Positions 18,186 through 26,738 are shown, numbered from the stretch's first letter. The stretch: 41,290 nucleotides of DNA from Chloroflexota bacterium (GCA_011048615.1 DSDT01000334.1:1-41290), one strand, 5' to 3'. Translations and numbers: made by a program. The notes: generated by a model not told the origin, from the sequence alone.

Positions 18186-19445
18186 ATGCTGCCCTCCGAG
18201 TTACCTGATTTGATCTACGATTGGAACGCCAATCCCGGCGCGGCGTCGTTCCCTCCCCGGCGAGTGGGGCTGTTCGACGAGACGCTGCGGGATGGATTGC
18301 AGTCCCCCTCCGTCAGGCAGCCGACGCTGGAGGAGAAGCTGGGGCTGATACGCCTGATGGCCGAGATCGGGATTGACGAGGTGAACATCGGCCTGCCATT
18401 TGCCGGGGAGCGGTTTCTGCGCGAGGCGGCTATCCTGGCGCGGGAGATTTTCGACCAGGAGCTGCCCCTCGAGTGCCTCTGCGGAGCCCGAGTTCTGCAG
18501 GCGGACATCGAGCCGATCGTTGATCTCTCCCAGAGCGTCGGCGGCCCGATCAGCGCCGGGTTGTTCGTCGGCTGCAGTCCCATTCGCCGTTATGCGGAGG
18601 GCTGGGAGCTCGCCGACCAGCTCCGGCTCGTCTGTGAGGCGGTCCGTTTTGCCGTGGCCCATGGTCTGCGGGTGATGTTTATCACCGAGGACACGACTCG
18701 CACCGATCCAGAAACCATGCGCCAGATTTACGGCGCGGCCATCGCGGCCGGTGCATCCCAGGTGGTCATCAGCGACACGGTCGGCCACGCCACACCGACG
18801 GGGGCCGCCCGCCTGGTGCGTTTCATGCGGGAGCTGGCGGGCCCGGACGTCGGGATAGACTGGCATGGGCATCGAGACCGAGGGCTGGCGACGGCCTGTG
18901 CCTTGGCGGCCATCGAGGCCGGCGCCGACCGCGTCCAGGCCACGGCGTTGGGGATCGGTGAGCGATCGGGGAACACGCCTATGGAGCAGGTACTGGTCAA
19001 TCTCCATCTCTTGGGCTATGCTGGCTGGGACTTGATGTATCTGCCCGAGTACTGTCGTCTGGCGGCCGAGATTTGCGGCGTGGACCTGCCGGTCAACCAG
19101 CCCATCGTCGGCGCCGATGCCTTCCGCACCGCCACGGGAGTGCACGCGGCCGCCATCGCCAAGGCAATGGAGACGGGCCATCAGTGGCTGATTGACCATG
19201 TTTATTCCAGCGTGCCCGCCTCCGTGCTCGGCCGCTCACAGACCATCGAGATTGGCCCGCTGAGTGGAAGCAGCAACGTGCGCCACGTCTTGTCCAGGAT
19301 CGGCGTCGTCGCTCCAGACGAGGAGTTGGTGCAGCGCATTTTGAGGGTTGCCAAGTCGTCCAACCGCGTGATGAGCGAGATCGAGCTCTTGCGGACGGTG
19401 GTGGGGGTTTTCACCACGTTGTTCAAACCTGAAAGGGAGACGTGA
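18186..19445 (+). CDS. DRE-TIM metallolyase of the 2-isopropylmalate/homocitrate synthase family (no LeuA regulatory domain)
   Basis: From ATG 18186, 8 nt after the previous stop: LFDETLRDGLQSP, EVNIGLP, ITEDTTRTD, SDTVGHATP, DWHGHRDRGLATACALAAIEAGADRV, GIGERSGNTPMEQV. About 419 aa. The ORF-track start at 18078 is an overlap artefact. Confidence 0.8.
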   Translation: MLPSELPDLIYDWNANPGAASFPPRRVGLFDETLRDGLQSPSVRQPTLEEKLGLIRLMAEIGIDEVNIGLPFAGERFLREAAILAREIFDQELPLECLCGARVLQADIEPIVDLSQSVGGPISAGLFVGCSPIRRYAEGWELADQLRLVCEAVRFAVAHGLRVMFITEDTTRTDPETMRQIYGAAIAAGASQVVISDTVGHATPTGAARLVRFMRELAGPDVGIDWHGHRDRGLATACALAAIEAGADRVQATALGIGERSGNTPMEQVLVNLHLLGYAGWDLMYLPEYCRLAAEICGVDLPVNQPIVGADAFRTATGVHAAAIAKAMETGHQWLIDHVYSSVPASVLGRSQTIEIGPLSGSSNVRHVLSRIGVVAPDEELVQRILRVAKSSNRVMSEIELLRTVVGVFTTLFKPERET

Positions 19446-20389
19446 TGAGGATGAATGTCGGTATCATAGGGGTTGGTGGAGTGGGGGGGTATTTCGGCGG
19501 CAAGCTCTGTCGGCATGGAGCCGCGAGCGGGGCGAATGTGTACTTTGTGGCGCGAGGTCAGCATCTCGATCGTATCCGGCAGGGGGGACTCCTGGTGGAG
19601 ACGGCCGCAGAGGGGACGTGGAGGTGTCACCCGACCTTGGCCACCGACCGGATAGAGGACCTGCCGGTATTGGATGTCTGCCTGGTGTGCGTCAAATCGT
19701 ACGATTTGCCCCAGGTCATTCAGCGACTCGGGCGAAGCGTGTCGGATACGACGTCTCTCCTGCCGTTGTTGAACGGCATTGACATCTACGAGCGCATCCG
19801 AGCCGACCTGGATGTGGGGCTGGTTCTTCCGGCCTGCGTCTATGTCAGCGCCCATATCGAGGCGCCTGGCAAGGTCGTTCAGCAGAGCGCGGGCAGCAAA
19901 ATCCTCCTGGGAAAGGATCCGCGCATGGTCAATAGGATGCCGCATGCTCTCTTGGCGCTTTTCGACCAGAGTGGGATCAACTATGAGTGGTTGGATGATG
20001 TATCTCCGGCTTTGTGGAGCAAGTATGTATTTATCGCCGCCTTTGGTCTGGTGGGGGCCAGTTTCGATAAAACCCTCGGACAGATGATGGGGTCGCCCCG
20101 GTTGAGCGAGCACGTCCAGGCGGTAATGCGCGAGATCATCCGGCTGGCTGAGAAGAAGGGGGTTGTCTTGCCCGAAACCATTGTCGCGGAGAGTTATCAG
20201 AAAGGGCGGGATTTTGCACCCGAGACCAAGACGTCGTTCCAGCGAGATTTTGAGGAGGCCGGAAGACCGGACGAGCGCGATCTGTTCGGCGGCACCATCC
20301 TCCGTTTGGGGCGGCAGTTGGGAGTTGCCACACCCGCAACGCAGGAATTGTGCGAGATCATAGAACGGCGCAAGCCGTGGCCGGTGTGA
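19442..20389 (+). CDS. panE: 2-dehydropantoate 2-reductase family oxidoreductase (ApbA/PanE)
   Basis: 315 aa. N-terminal Rossmann motif VGIIGVGGVGGYFGGKL and ApbA_C-like C-terminus (SFQRDFEEGRP-like SFQRDFEEAGRPDE). GTG/ATG start overlaps the preceding stop (GTGATGA). Confidence 0.8.
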   Translation: MMRMNVGIIGVGGVGGYFGGKLCRHGAASGANVYFVARGQHLDRIRQGGLLVETAAEGTWRCHPTLATDRIEDLPVLDVCLVCVKSYDLPQVIQRLGRSVSDTTSLLPLLNGIDIYERIRADLDVGLVLPACVYVSAHIEAPGKVVQQSAGSKILLGKDPRMVNRMPHALLALFDQSGINYEWLDDVSPALWSKYVFIAAFGLVGASFDKTLGQMMGSPRLSEHVQAVMREIIRLAEKKGVVLPETIVAESYQKGRDFAPETKTSFQRDFEEAGRPDERDLFGGTILRLGRQLGVATPATQELCEIIERRKPWPV

Positions 20390-20413
20390 GCGGTTCTGGA
20401 TGCGGGGGAACGG

Positions 20414-20442
20414 TTGAAGTTTTATCTGTTTCGGTGTATCAT
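20414..20442 (+). promoter_or_regulatory. Sigma70-type promoter (TTGAAG-17-TATCAT) upstream of the zinc-ribbon/PRiA4-like gene
   Basis: TTGAAG is at 20414-20419, a 17-nt spacer ends in TG, and TATCAT is at 20437-20442. This leaves a leader of about 108 nt before ATG 20557, which has a GAGGGAGG RBS. Confidence 0.5.
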
Positions 20443-20556
20443 CATCGGGGAGACTGTTGTGGCGAGGGGTATCTGGGTATGAAAACATCCGGGCAGACCG
20501 GGAAGCAGCGCGACGAGTTATTGATCCAGCAGGAGTGATTTCGAGGGAGGTGAAAC

Positions 20557-21243
20557 ATGGCGAGAAGAAAACAGACCCGAGGTACCTGCGTCTTTTGTGG
20601 AAAGGAGATGACGCGGGGTGGATTGGCCAGACATCTGCCGAGTTGTCAGGCGCGGCGGGATGCGGTTGAACAAGCTAATCAGAAAGGGGGAAAAGAACAG
20701 ACGACCATCTACCACTTGCAGGTTCGGGATGCCTGGGATGGTGACTATTGGCTGCATGTGGAGATGAACGGGACGGCCGCTTTGGAGGACCTGGATAGGT
20801 ACTTGCGAGCCATTTGGCTAGAGTGCTGTGGGCACTTGAGCCAGTTCTCTTTTGGCGGCTGGAGTGGAAACGAGATCCCCATGGGGAGAAGGATTGAACA
20901 GGTGTTGAGAGTGGGGGATGAGTTGACACACATCTATGATTTTGGGACGTCCTCAGAGACGCTGATACGGGCAGTTGGTGTGCGAAGCGGAAAGCCACTG
21001 ACCGGGCATCCGATCAAGCTGATGGCGCGGAATAATGCGCCCGAGTTCACTTGTGTCGAGTGTGGCCAGAGAGCCACCTGGTGGTGTCCAGAGTGTGTGT
21101 ACGGGTTGGGTGAGTCGGGGTTGTTGTGTGATGAGCACGCAAAAGAGCATCCCCACGATGATTACGGCGGGATTATGCCGGTGGTGAACTCGCCCCGCAT
21201 GGGAATGTGTGGGTATGTCGGTCCTGCGGATCCGCCCTATTGA
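20557..21243 (+). CDS. Hypothetical protein: N-terminal C2HC zinc knuckle, PRiA4_ORF3 (MM3350-like) core, C-terminal Cys/His zinc ribbon
   Basis: 228 aa. CVFCG...HLPSC comes first. The core is IYHLQVRDAWDGDYWLHVEMNGTAALEDLDRYLRAIWLECCGHLSQFSF...THIYDFGTSSETLI, which resembles pRiA4b ORF-3 family logic. It ends with CVECG...CPEC...CDEH..H. Confidence 0.7.
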   Translation: MARRKQTRGTCVFCGKEMTRGGLARHLPSCQARRDAVEQANQKGGKEQTTIYHLQVRDAWDGDYWLHVEMNGTAALEDLDRYLRAIWLECCGHLSQFSFGGWSGNEIPMGRRIEQVLRVGDELTHIYDFGTSSETLIRAVGVRSGKPLTGHPIKLMARNNAPEFTCVECGQRATWWCPECVYGLGESGLLCDEHAKEHPHDDYGGIMPVVNSPRMGMCGYVGPADPPY

Positions 21244-21286
21244 GATTGTTCACCGGTTAGCGTCCAAGTGCGTCGCAAGCGCGTAA

Positions 21287-21305
21287 GGCGGATTACCAAT
21301 CCGCC
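21287..21305 (+). terminator. Stem-loop GGCGGATT-acc-AATCCGCC (possible weak terminator or repeat unit)
   Basis: Perfect 8-bp stem 44 nt after the stop at 21243. A GTTTTGG run begins 8 nt downstream, so the geometry is non-canonical. Similar hairpins occur at 27424-27441 and 27483-27500. Confidence 0.35.
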
Positions 21306-21346
21306 CTAGGCCGTTTTGGTCCTACACCAGAATCAAGGAGAAAGTC

Positions 21347-22117
21347 ATGGCGAAAATCATATCTATCCATTCCTTTCGGGGCGGCACCGGCAAGTCGAAC
21401 GTCACCGCGAATGTCTCGGCCCAATTCGCCAGGAAGGGGTATCGCGTCGGCGTCATTGACACTGACATCCAGTCCCCTGGCATTCACGTCCTCTTTGGCC
21501 TGGACGAAGAGCAGATGGACAAGGCCCTCAACGATTACCTGTGGGGACGCTGCGCCATCGAGGAGGCCGCTTACGACGTGAGCGCTCGGGTGGGAAAGGG
21601 CGAGGTCGTGTTGATGAGCGGCGGCATCTACCTGATCCCCTCCAGCATCCGCGCTGGCGAGATCGCGCGCGTCTTGCGGGAGGGATACGACGTGGGCCTG
21701 CTCAACGACGGCTTCCGGGCACTGATCGAAAAGCTGGGGCTGGACTATTTGTTCATAGATACTCACCCTGGCCTGAACGAGGAGACGCTCCTCTCGATTG
21801 CTATCTCTGACCTCTTGATCATCATCCTGCGCACCGACCAACAGGATTTCCAGGGGACGGCTGTGACAGTGGACGTGGCGCGCAAACTGGAGGTTCCCCA
21901 CCTGTACTTGGTGATCAACAAGGCGATCTCTTCCTACGAGCCGGAGGCGCTGCGCCACCAGATCGAGGAGACGTACAAAGCACCAGTGGCTGCCGTCATC
22001 CCACTTTCGGAAGACGTCGCCGCCCTGCAATCTTCCGACATCTTTTCCCTGTGCTACCCCGACCATCCTGTCTCCCAGGAAATCCAACATATCGTCGCTC
22101 TGGTCGAAGCGGCGTAG
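21347..22117 (+). CDS. ParA/MinD-superfamily P-loop ATPase, divergent subfamily (Walker A SFRGGTGKS)
   Basis: 256 aa. MAKIISIHSFRGGTGKSNVTANVSAQFARKGYRVGVIDTDIQSPG; Walker B-like DYLFIDTHPGLNEETL; LVINKA. AAGGAG RBS is upstream. Confidence 0.85.
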   Translation: MAKIISIHSFRGGTGKSNVTANVSAQFARKGYRVGVIDTDIQSPGIHVLFGLDEEQMDKALNDYLWGRCAIEEAAYDVSARVGKGEVVLMSGGIYLIPSSIRAGEIARVLREGYDVGLLNDGFRALIEKLGLDYLFIDTHPGLNEETLLSIAISDLLIIILRTDQQDFQGTAVTVDVARKLEVPHLYLVINKAISSYEPEALRHQIEETYKAPVAAVIPLSEDVAALQSSDIFSLCYPDHPVSQEIQHIVALVEAA

Positions 22118-22126
22118 GAACCGACC

Positions 22127-22342
22127 ATGATTTGCCATAAATGCGGTGAACCCGCGATCGGCATTTGTACATTCTGCGGACGGGCCGTTTGCAAGGACCA
22201 CCACACCACGACGATGCCCACTATGCTTTCGATGTACCTGGGCAAGGACGAGACCCCCAAGGCGATTGTAGTCACCAATGTCCTCTGGTGCGAAGAGTGC
22301 CGGCCCCAGCCGGAACCGATCGAAATGCCGGAATTCTACTAG
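22127..22342 (+). CDS. Small Cys-rich zinc-ribbon protein (DUF2180-like pattern)
   Basis: 71 aa. CHKCG-x7-CTFCGRAVCKDH ... CEEC. It starts 9 nt after the ATPase stop on the same strand. Confidence 0.6.
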   Translation: MICHKCGEPAIGICTFCGRAVCKDHHTTTMPTMLSMYLGKDETPKAIVVTNVLWCEECRPQPEPIEMPEFY

Positions 22343-22353
22343 GAGGCGGGGGG

Positions 22354-22728
22354 ATGGGTATCTTTGATCGCATCCAAAGCGAGATCGAGACGCGAGAGAA
22401 GCAGGAGGGTTTCAGTCCGGCCGACCTGCTCGCTCTTTCCCCCCCACTGCGCCGGTTGATGAGCTACATCATCCGGGAGGGGGAAGTGACCGCAGCGGCG
22501 GCGGCTGAACTCGTACAAGTATCTCCCACCAACGCGCAACAACTTTTGGATGGGCTGGTCCACAAAGGGTACCTGGAGCGAGAAGAGCGGGAGGAAGGTT
22601 GGGTCTATCGCACTCGCTTCGCCCGCAAGCGCGGTCGTGAGATCCCAGCGGGCATCTGGTCGGCACTGGGACGGAGAACCCGACCTGCGCCCCACGACAG
22701 GGACGAAGGACCCAGTCGGGATGCCTAA
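22354..22728 (+). CDS. Small winged-helix (MarR/PadR-like fold) protein
   Basis: AGGAGG at 22341-22346, then ATG 22354. MGIFDRIQSEIETREKQEGFSPADLLALSPPLRRLMSYIIREGEVTAAAAAELVQVSPTNAQQLLDGLVHKGYLEREEREEGWVYRTRF: helix-turn-helix plus a beta-wing. Its stop overlaps the next ATG by 8 nt (ATGCCTAA). Confidence 0.6.
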   Translation: MGIFDRIQSEIETREKQEGFSPADLLALSPPLRRLMSYIIREGEVTAAAAAELVQVSPTNAQQLLDGLVHKGYLEREEREEGWVYRTRFARKRGREIPAGIWSALGRRTRPAPHDRDEGPSRDA

Positions 22729-25700
22729 AGCTCCCGCTGCCTGGGCTGCCCTGTTACCCCGGCTGGCTCTGTTGCTGCCGGCTGGTCTGTTCAGCAGGCT
22801 GCGCGCCTCCCCCTATCCGGCCTCCCTCTCCCCCGAAGCGGAGCGAGAGTTTGCCGGCGATCTCGAACAGGCCATCCATGCCCTCAGTTCCCTCCATCAC
22901 ACGCTGACCAACTTTTTGCCCCGCTACCTGCTCGATCTTTTGCCCGGCGAACCCCACGGCGAGATTCTGGAAGGCTCCTTCATCTTTGCCGATGTCACCG
23001 GCTTTACCACCCTAACCGGTGAGCTTTCCAGGCACGGTACTCGTGGCCTGGAGGAGATGAACCGCCTGATGTGTGCTCTCTTTGGCGCGCTTCTCGATCC
23101 CCTCCTGGAATCGGGCGGCGATCTGCTCATCTTTGCCGGGGATGCGGCGTTGGCCTGTTTCCCGGCCCATCCCGACCAGCCCGCCGGCCAGGACGCCCGT
23201 TGGGCCACCCGCACCGCTCTCCGGCTGGTGGAAGCGATCTCTGAATTTGCCCACATCCAGACTCCCTATGGCGATTTTTCCCTCACCATGAGTGCCGGCG
23301 TCGACCGGGGACGATCCTTTGCCGCCGTCGTCGGCTCCCGGAAGCGAATGGAACTTCTCATCTCTGGGGGGCCGGTCCAGGGTGCGATGCGCGCCGAGGG
23401 CGAGGGAGAGGCCGGGCAGGTCATCGCAGGTCCCGGCGTCCGTCCCTTTCTCCGTCCGGAAGAGTTCGTCCTGCAGGGCAGCGTCGTCGCCCGCCTGCGG
23501 GGAGGGGATCTGGATGACTATGAGCCGGTCCCGCCCGTCCGACGTCCCCGTCTCGCCACCATCTTGAGCCGCCGTGTCCCTGATTTGCTGGAGCACCTCC
23601 AGTACGCTCTGACCCAGGTGGAATCGCTGGCTCTCTTCCTCCCACCCGCCATCTTTACCCAGATTGCACAGGGGCAGGATTTCCGTCAGCACCCGCCCGT
23701 GGCGGTCCAGTTTGTCAACGTCCTGGGACTGGAGGAACTGGCCCTCGGCCCGGCCGGCCCAGAACTGGCTACCGCCGCTCTGCAGCGCTATTTCGTCCAG
23801 GCCCAGGAGATTGTGACTGATCGGCAAGGCATTGTCAACCAGATGGACCCCTATGCCCGGGGGTTCGTCTTCGTCAATCCCTTTGGCGCTCCGACCCACC
23901 ACGAAGGGGTACCCCGCCTGGCGGCCTCCGCTGCTCTGGAGCTGGCCCGCGCACTGGACCGGGTCAACCGCGAATTCGACCTGTCCCCGCCTCTGATTCA
24001 GCGGACCGGCCTGACCTACGACCGCATCTTTACCGGCGAAATCGGCTATCGCCATCGGCGGGAGTATCTTGTCGCCGGGCCAGCCGTCAATCTGGCCGCC
24101 CGGCTGATGAGCAAGGCCGATCCTGGTCAGATCGTGCTGGACCCGGCTGCCTGGGAGGCGGTGCAGGCCGATTTCCTGGCCGATCCCCTGCCGCCCATCC
24201 CCCTCAAAGGGATCTCTGAACCGGTCCCCCGCTTCGCTCTCCGGGGAGTGCGTCAGGGAGGCCCGGGCGTCCTATGCGCGGGACATCTCACCGATTACCC
24301 CCTCACGGGCCGGACTCGGGAGCTGGCTTCGTTGACAGAGCGATTGGAAGCCGTCATCGCCGACCGGGGAGGCGCTGTGCTCCTCGTTGGCGAAGCAGGC
24401 AGCGGTAAGAGCCGCTTGGTCGCCAGTTTAGCCGCTGTCGCCCTCGAACGGGGCATGGCCGTCCTGAGCGGCCGTTGCCGTCCCTTTGCCCGTACCACTC
24501 CCTACGTCCCGTGGGCCGACCTGATCGGCCAGTGGTTCGAGTTGCCCGAAGAGGTTGCCCTGGAGGACCGGCGGCGGCGATTAGCGGAGCGGCTGGCCGA
24601 ATTCGATCTGACCTCCTCCCTTGCCGCCTTTGCCGATCTGCTGGGGCTGCCCGCCGTGGACCTGACTTCTCGCATAGGCCCGGATACGGTCAGCCCCAAG
24701 CGCAGCATTTTCGCCGTGGCGCAGCAGCAGGTGGAACGGCTGTCAACCGGGACGGCTGCGGGGCGGGACTGGGCTGCGCTGGCCCGGCGGGCGGATCAAT
24801 CCGAGGCCGTTTTACCATCCGAGGAGCCTCCCTCGGTGTGGGAAGTGTTGCGTGAGCGGACATCCATCCCCCAAGCTCTCCACCAGGCCCTGGAATGTCA
24901 GGCTCTCCGGCGGCCCACGCTGGTGATCCTCGAGGACCTTCAATGGATGGACGACGAGTCACAGGCGATATTGGAGGTGGTGAGCACTGTTGCCTCGGCG
25001 TGGCCTCTCTTTTTGCTGACCACCGCCCGTCCCGACTTTGACCGATGGAGCGGTGCGCGGATGTCCCTGCCGCCGCTATCCGCCGCCGGGAGCCGAGAGC
25101 TGGCCGCCCTGGCCCTGCGAGCCACCCGGTTGGAGCCAAGCCTGGCGGATTGGCTGTTCACTCAGGTCGGCGGCAATCCGCTCTTTATTCTCTCGTGCTG
25201 CCGGGCTCTCCAGGATGCCGACGCCGTGGCGGTTGATCCTGCTAGCGGCGAGGGCCGCTGGAGTGGGCCGCCGCCTGACCTGCCCCTATCCCTCCAAGAA
25301 TCCCTGCTCGCCCAGGTGAATCGGCTGGATCGGGATACGCAAGAGGCCATACGACGCGGATCGGTCGTCGGCGCTGCGTTTCCCACTTGGCTCCTGGCTA
25401 GACTTTGTCACGAAAACCTCCCCGCCGACCGGTTGAGCGAACCGCTGGATCAGGCCTCTCGCCGGGGGCTGATCGCCCCTCCCCCTCCGGCGCAAGCCCA
25501 CGTTTTCAGCAGCCACTCTCTCCACGAGGCAGTTTACGCCGCTCTCTCCCACGCTCAACGGCGGACCTGGCACGAGCAGGTAGGAGATTACCTGGCCCAA
25601 GCCGATGATTCGACCTGGTACGAGCGGTTGGAGCAGATCGCCTATCATTACAGCCGCGGCAGAGATTCCTACAAGGCGGCTCATTTTACCCGGCTGGCCG

Positions 25701-26236
25701 GCGACAAGGCCAGCGCGCGCCAGGCGAACGAGGCCGCCCTGGCGTTCTATGCTCAGACGCTGGTCGTGGTTGACGGGGAGAGGGTCGCCGTCGAGCGGCG
25801 GCTGGCCCACGAGCACAGCGGCGACGTTCACGCGCTGCGGGGGGATGGCGAGGCGGCCCGGGCTGCCTATCAGGCTGCCTTGCGGGATGGCCCGTTGGAG
25901 GAGGGGAGCGAGGCAGGATGCCGCCTGAGGGCCAAGCTGGCCTTGCTGGCCCCTGTGATCGAATCGGCAGGGCCTGGATCGCTCGAACAAGCCTGGGATG
26001 CACTCTCCCCCTCCGATCCCCTCTGGCCCTGGCTGGGGGCGGCGCGGGTCTGGCTCCACGCCGGACGTGGCAGGGTGGAGGATGCCATCACAGCATGCCG
26101 GGACTTGCTTCCCCAGACCGAGAGGCCAGTCCGTATTCTCTTGATGGAGGCGCAAGAGAGCCTGGAGTATGGGGTTCCACTGCCTCCCTATGCTGATTTT
26201 TTTGCTGTGCTGGCCCGTTTCTGCTTGCGTTTGTAA
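22721..26236 (+). CDS. Tandem class III cyclase-homology domains, STAND/AAA ATPase, TPR-like C-terminal region (1171 aa)
   Basis: CHD1: FIFADVTGFT, IFAGDAALACF. CHD2: VQFVNVLGLEE ... LVAGPAVNLAARLMSKADPGQIVL. Walker A is LLVGEAGSGKSRL and Walker B is LVILEDLQWMDDES, followed by a helical repeat tail. The start is taken at ATG 22721; the track start at 22550 overlaps the wHTH gene. Confidence 0.85.
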   Translation: MPKAPAAWAALLPRLALLLPAGLFSRLRASPYPASLSPEAEREFAGDLEQAIHALSSLHHTLTNFLPRYLLDLLPGEPHGEILEGSFIFADVTGFTTLTGELSRHGTRGLEEMNRLMCALFGALLDPLLESGGDLLIFAGDAALACFPAHPDQPAGQDARWATRTALRLVEAISEFAHIQTPYGDFSLTMSAGVDRGRSFAAVVGSRKRMELLISGGPVQGAMRAEGEGEAGQVIAGPGVRPFLRPEEFVLQGSVVARLRGGDLDDYEPVPPVRRPRLATILSRRVPDLLEHLQYALTQVESLALFLPPAIFTQIAQGQDFRQHPPVAVQFVNVLGLEELALGPAGPELATAALQRYFVQAQEIVTDRQGIVNQMDPYARGFVFVNPFGAPTHHEGVPRLAASAALELARALDRVNREFDLSPPLIQRTGLTYDRIFTGEIGYRHRREYLVAGPAVNLAARLMSKADPGQIVLDPAAWEAVQADFLADPLPPIPLKGISEPVPRFALRGVRQGGPGVLCAGHLTDYPLTGRTRELASLTERLEAVIADRGGAVLLVGEAGSGKSRLVASLAAVALERGMAVLSGRCRPFARTTPYVPWADLIGQWFELPEEVALEDRRRRLAERLAEFDLTSSLAAFADLLGLPAVDLTSRIGPDTVSPKRSIFAVAQQQVERLSTGTAAGRDWAALARRADQSEAVLPSEEPPSVWEVLRERTSIPQALHQALECQALRRPTLVILEDLQWMDDESQAILEVVSTVASAWPLFLLTTARPDFDRWSGARMSLPPLSAAGSRELAALALRATRLEPSLADWLFTQVGGNPLFILSCCRALQDADAVAVDPASGEGRWSGPPPDLPLSLQESLLAQVNRLDRDTQEAIRRGSVVGAAFPTWLLARLCHENLPADRLSEPLDQASRRGLIAPPPPAQAHVFSSHSLHEAVYAALSHAQRRTWHEQVGDYLAQADDSTWYERLEQIAYHYSRGRDSYKAAHFTRLAGDKASARQANEAALAFYAQTLVVVDGERVAVERRLAHEHSGDVHALRGDGEAARAAYQAALRDGPLEEGSEAGCRLRAKLALLAPVIESAGPGSLEQAWDALSPSDPLWPWLGAARVWLHAGRGRVEDAITACRDLLPQTERPVRILLMEAQESLEYGVPLPPYADFFAVLARFCLRL

Positions 26237-26312
26237 CGACTCGGGGTGGGCTTTCTGCCTTATGGCGTCGGTCTTGGAGTTGGGGGATGGTCGGGAGACC
26301 GGCCCCGTTTCG

Positions 26313-26321
26313 TGGTACAAT
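26313..26321 (+). promoter_or_regulatory. Extended -10 element TGgTACAAT upstream of the Rieske gene
   Basis: TTCGTGGTACAATA at 26309-26322 matches 13 of the 14 aligned positions of the 16-mer seen at 11322 and 12785. GAAGGGAGG RBS and ATG 26352 follow. Confidence 0.45.
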
Positions 26322-26351
26322 ATGACCACCGCACGAAGGGAGGCATGCATA

Positions 26352-26738
26352 ATGACCTGGATCAAGGTGTTGTCTCAAACTGATCTGCCAGCGGGATCCC
26401 GGCAGCTGGTCAAGGCCGGTGGGCGTGATGTTTTGCTCGTCCACCACAACGGACACATTTATGCCATCGCCAACCGCTGTCCACATCTGGGCGCGTCGCT
26501 GGCCCGGGGCGAGCTGACGGGGGATAACGCCATTGTCTGCCCGCGCCACCGCAGCGCGTTCGACCTGGAGACGGGCGACGTCAAGGCGTGGAGTCCCTGG
26601 CCGCCGGCCTTTGGTCGGATGCTGGGGGCCGTGCGCCGGGAGCAGGCGCTGTCCGTCTACCCCATCAAAGTGGAGGATGGGGAGATCTGGATCCACATTG
26701 GAGACGTGTATGAACCTGGACAATCTGCTGCGGGGTGA
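26352..26738 (+). CDS. Rieske (2Fe-2S) domain protein
   Basis: 128 aa from ATG 26352. Cluster ligands are CPHLGASL ... CPRHRSAFDL (CxH / CxxH). It resembles a small NirD/ferredoxin-type Rieske fold. Confidence 0.85.
   Translation: MTWIKVLSQTDLPAGSRQLVKAGGRDVLLVHHNGHIYAIANRCPHLGASLARGELTGDNAIVCPRHRSAFDLETGDVKAWSPWPPAFGRMLGAVRREQALSVYPIKVEDGEIWIHIGDVYEPGQSAAG

Noticed and set aside
1119-26236. Pycsar/CBASS-like defence reading of 'cyclase plus cNMP-binding effector'
   Set aside because: The cyclases have HAMP or STAND signalling architectures with purine-cyclase-type motifs. They are not adjacent to the cNMP-binding protein, which is itself a 1137-aa transporter/HEAT fusion rather than a TM/TIR killer effector. 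There are no phage-defence neighbours.
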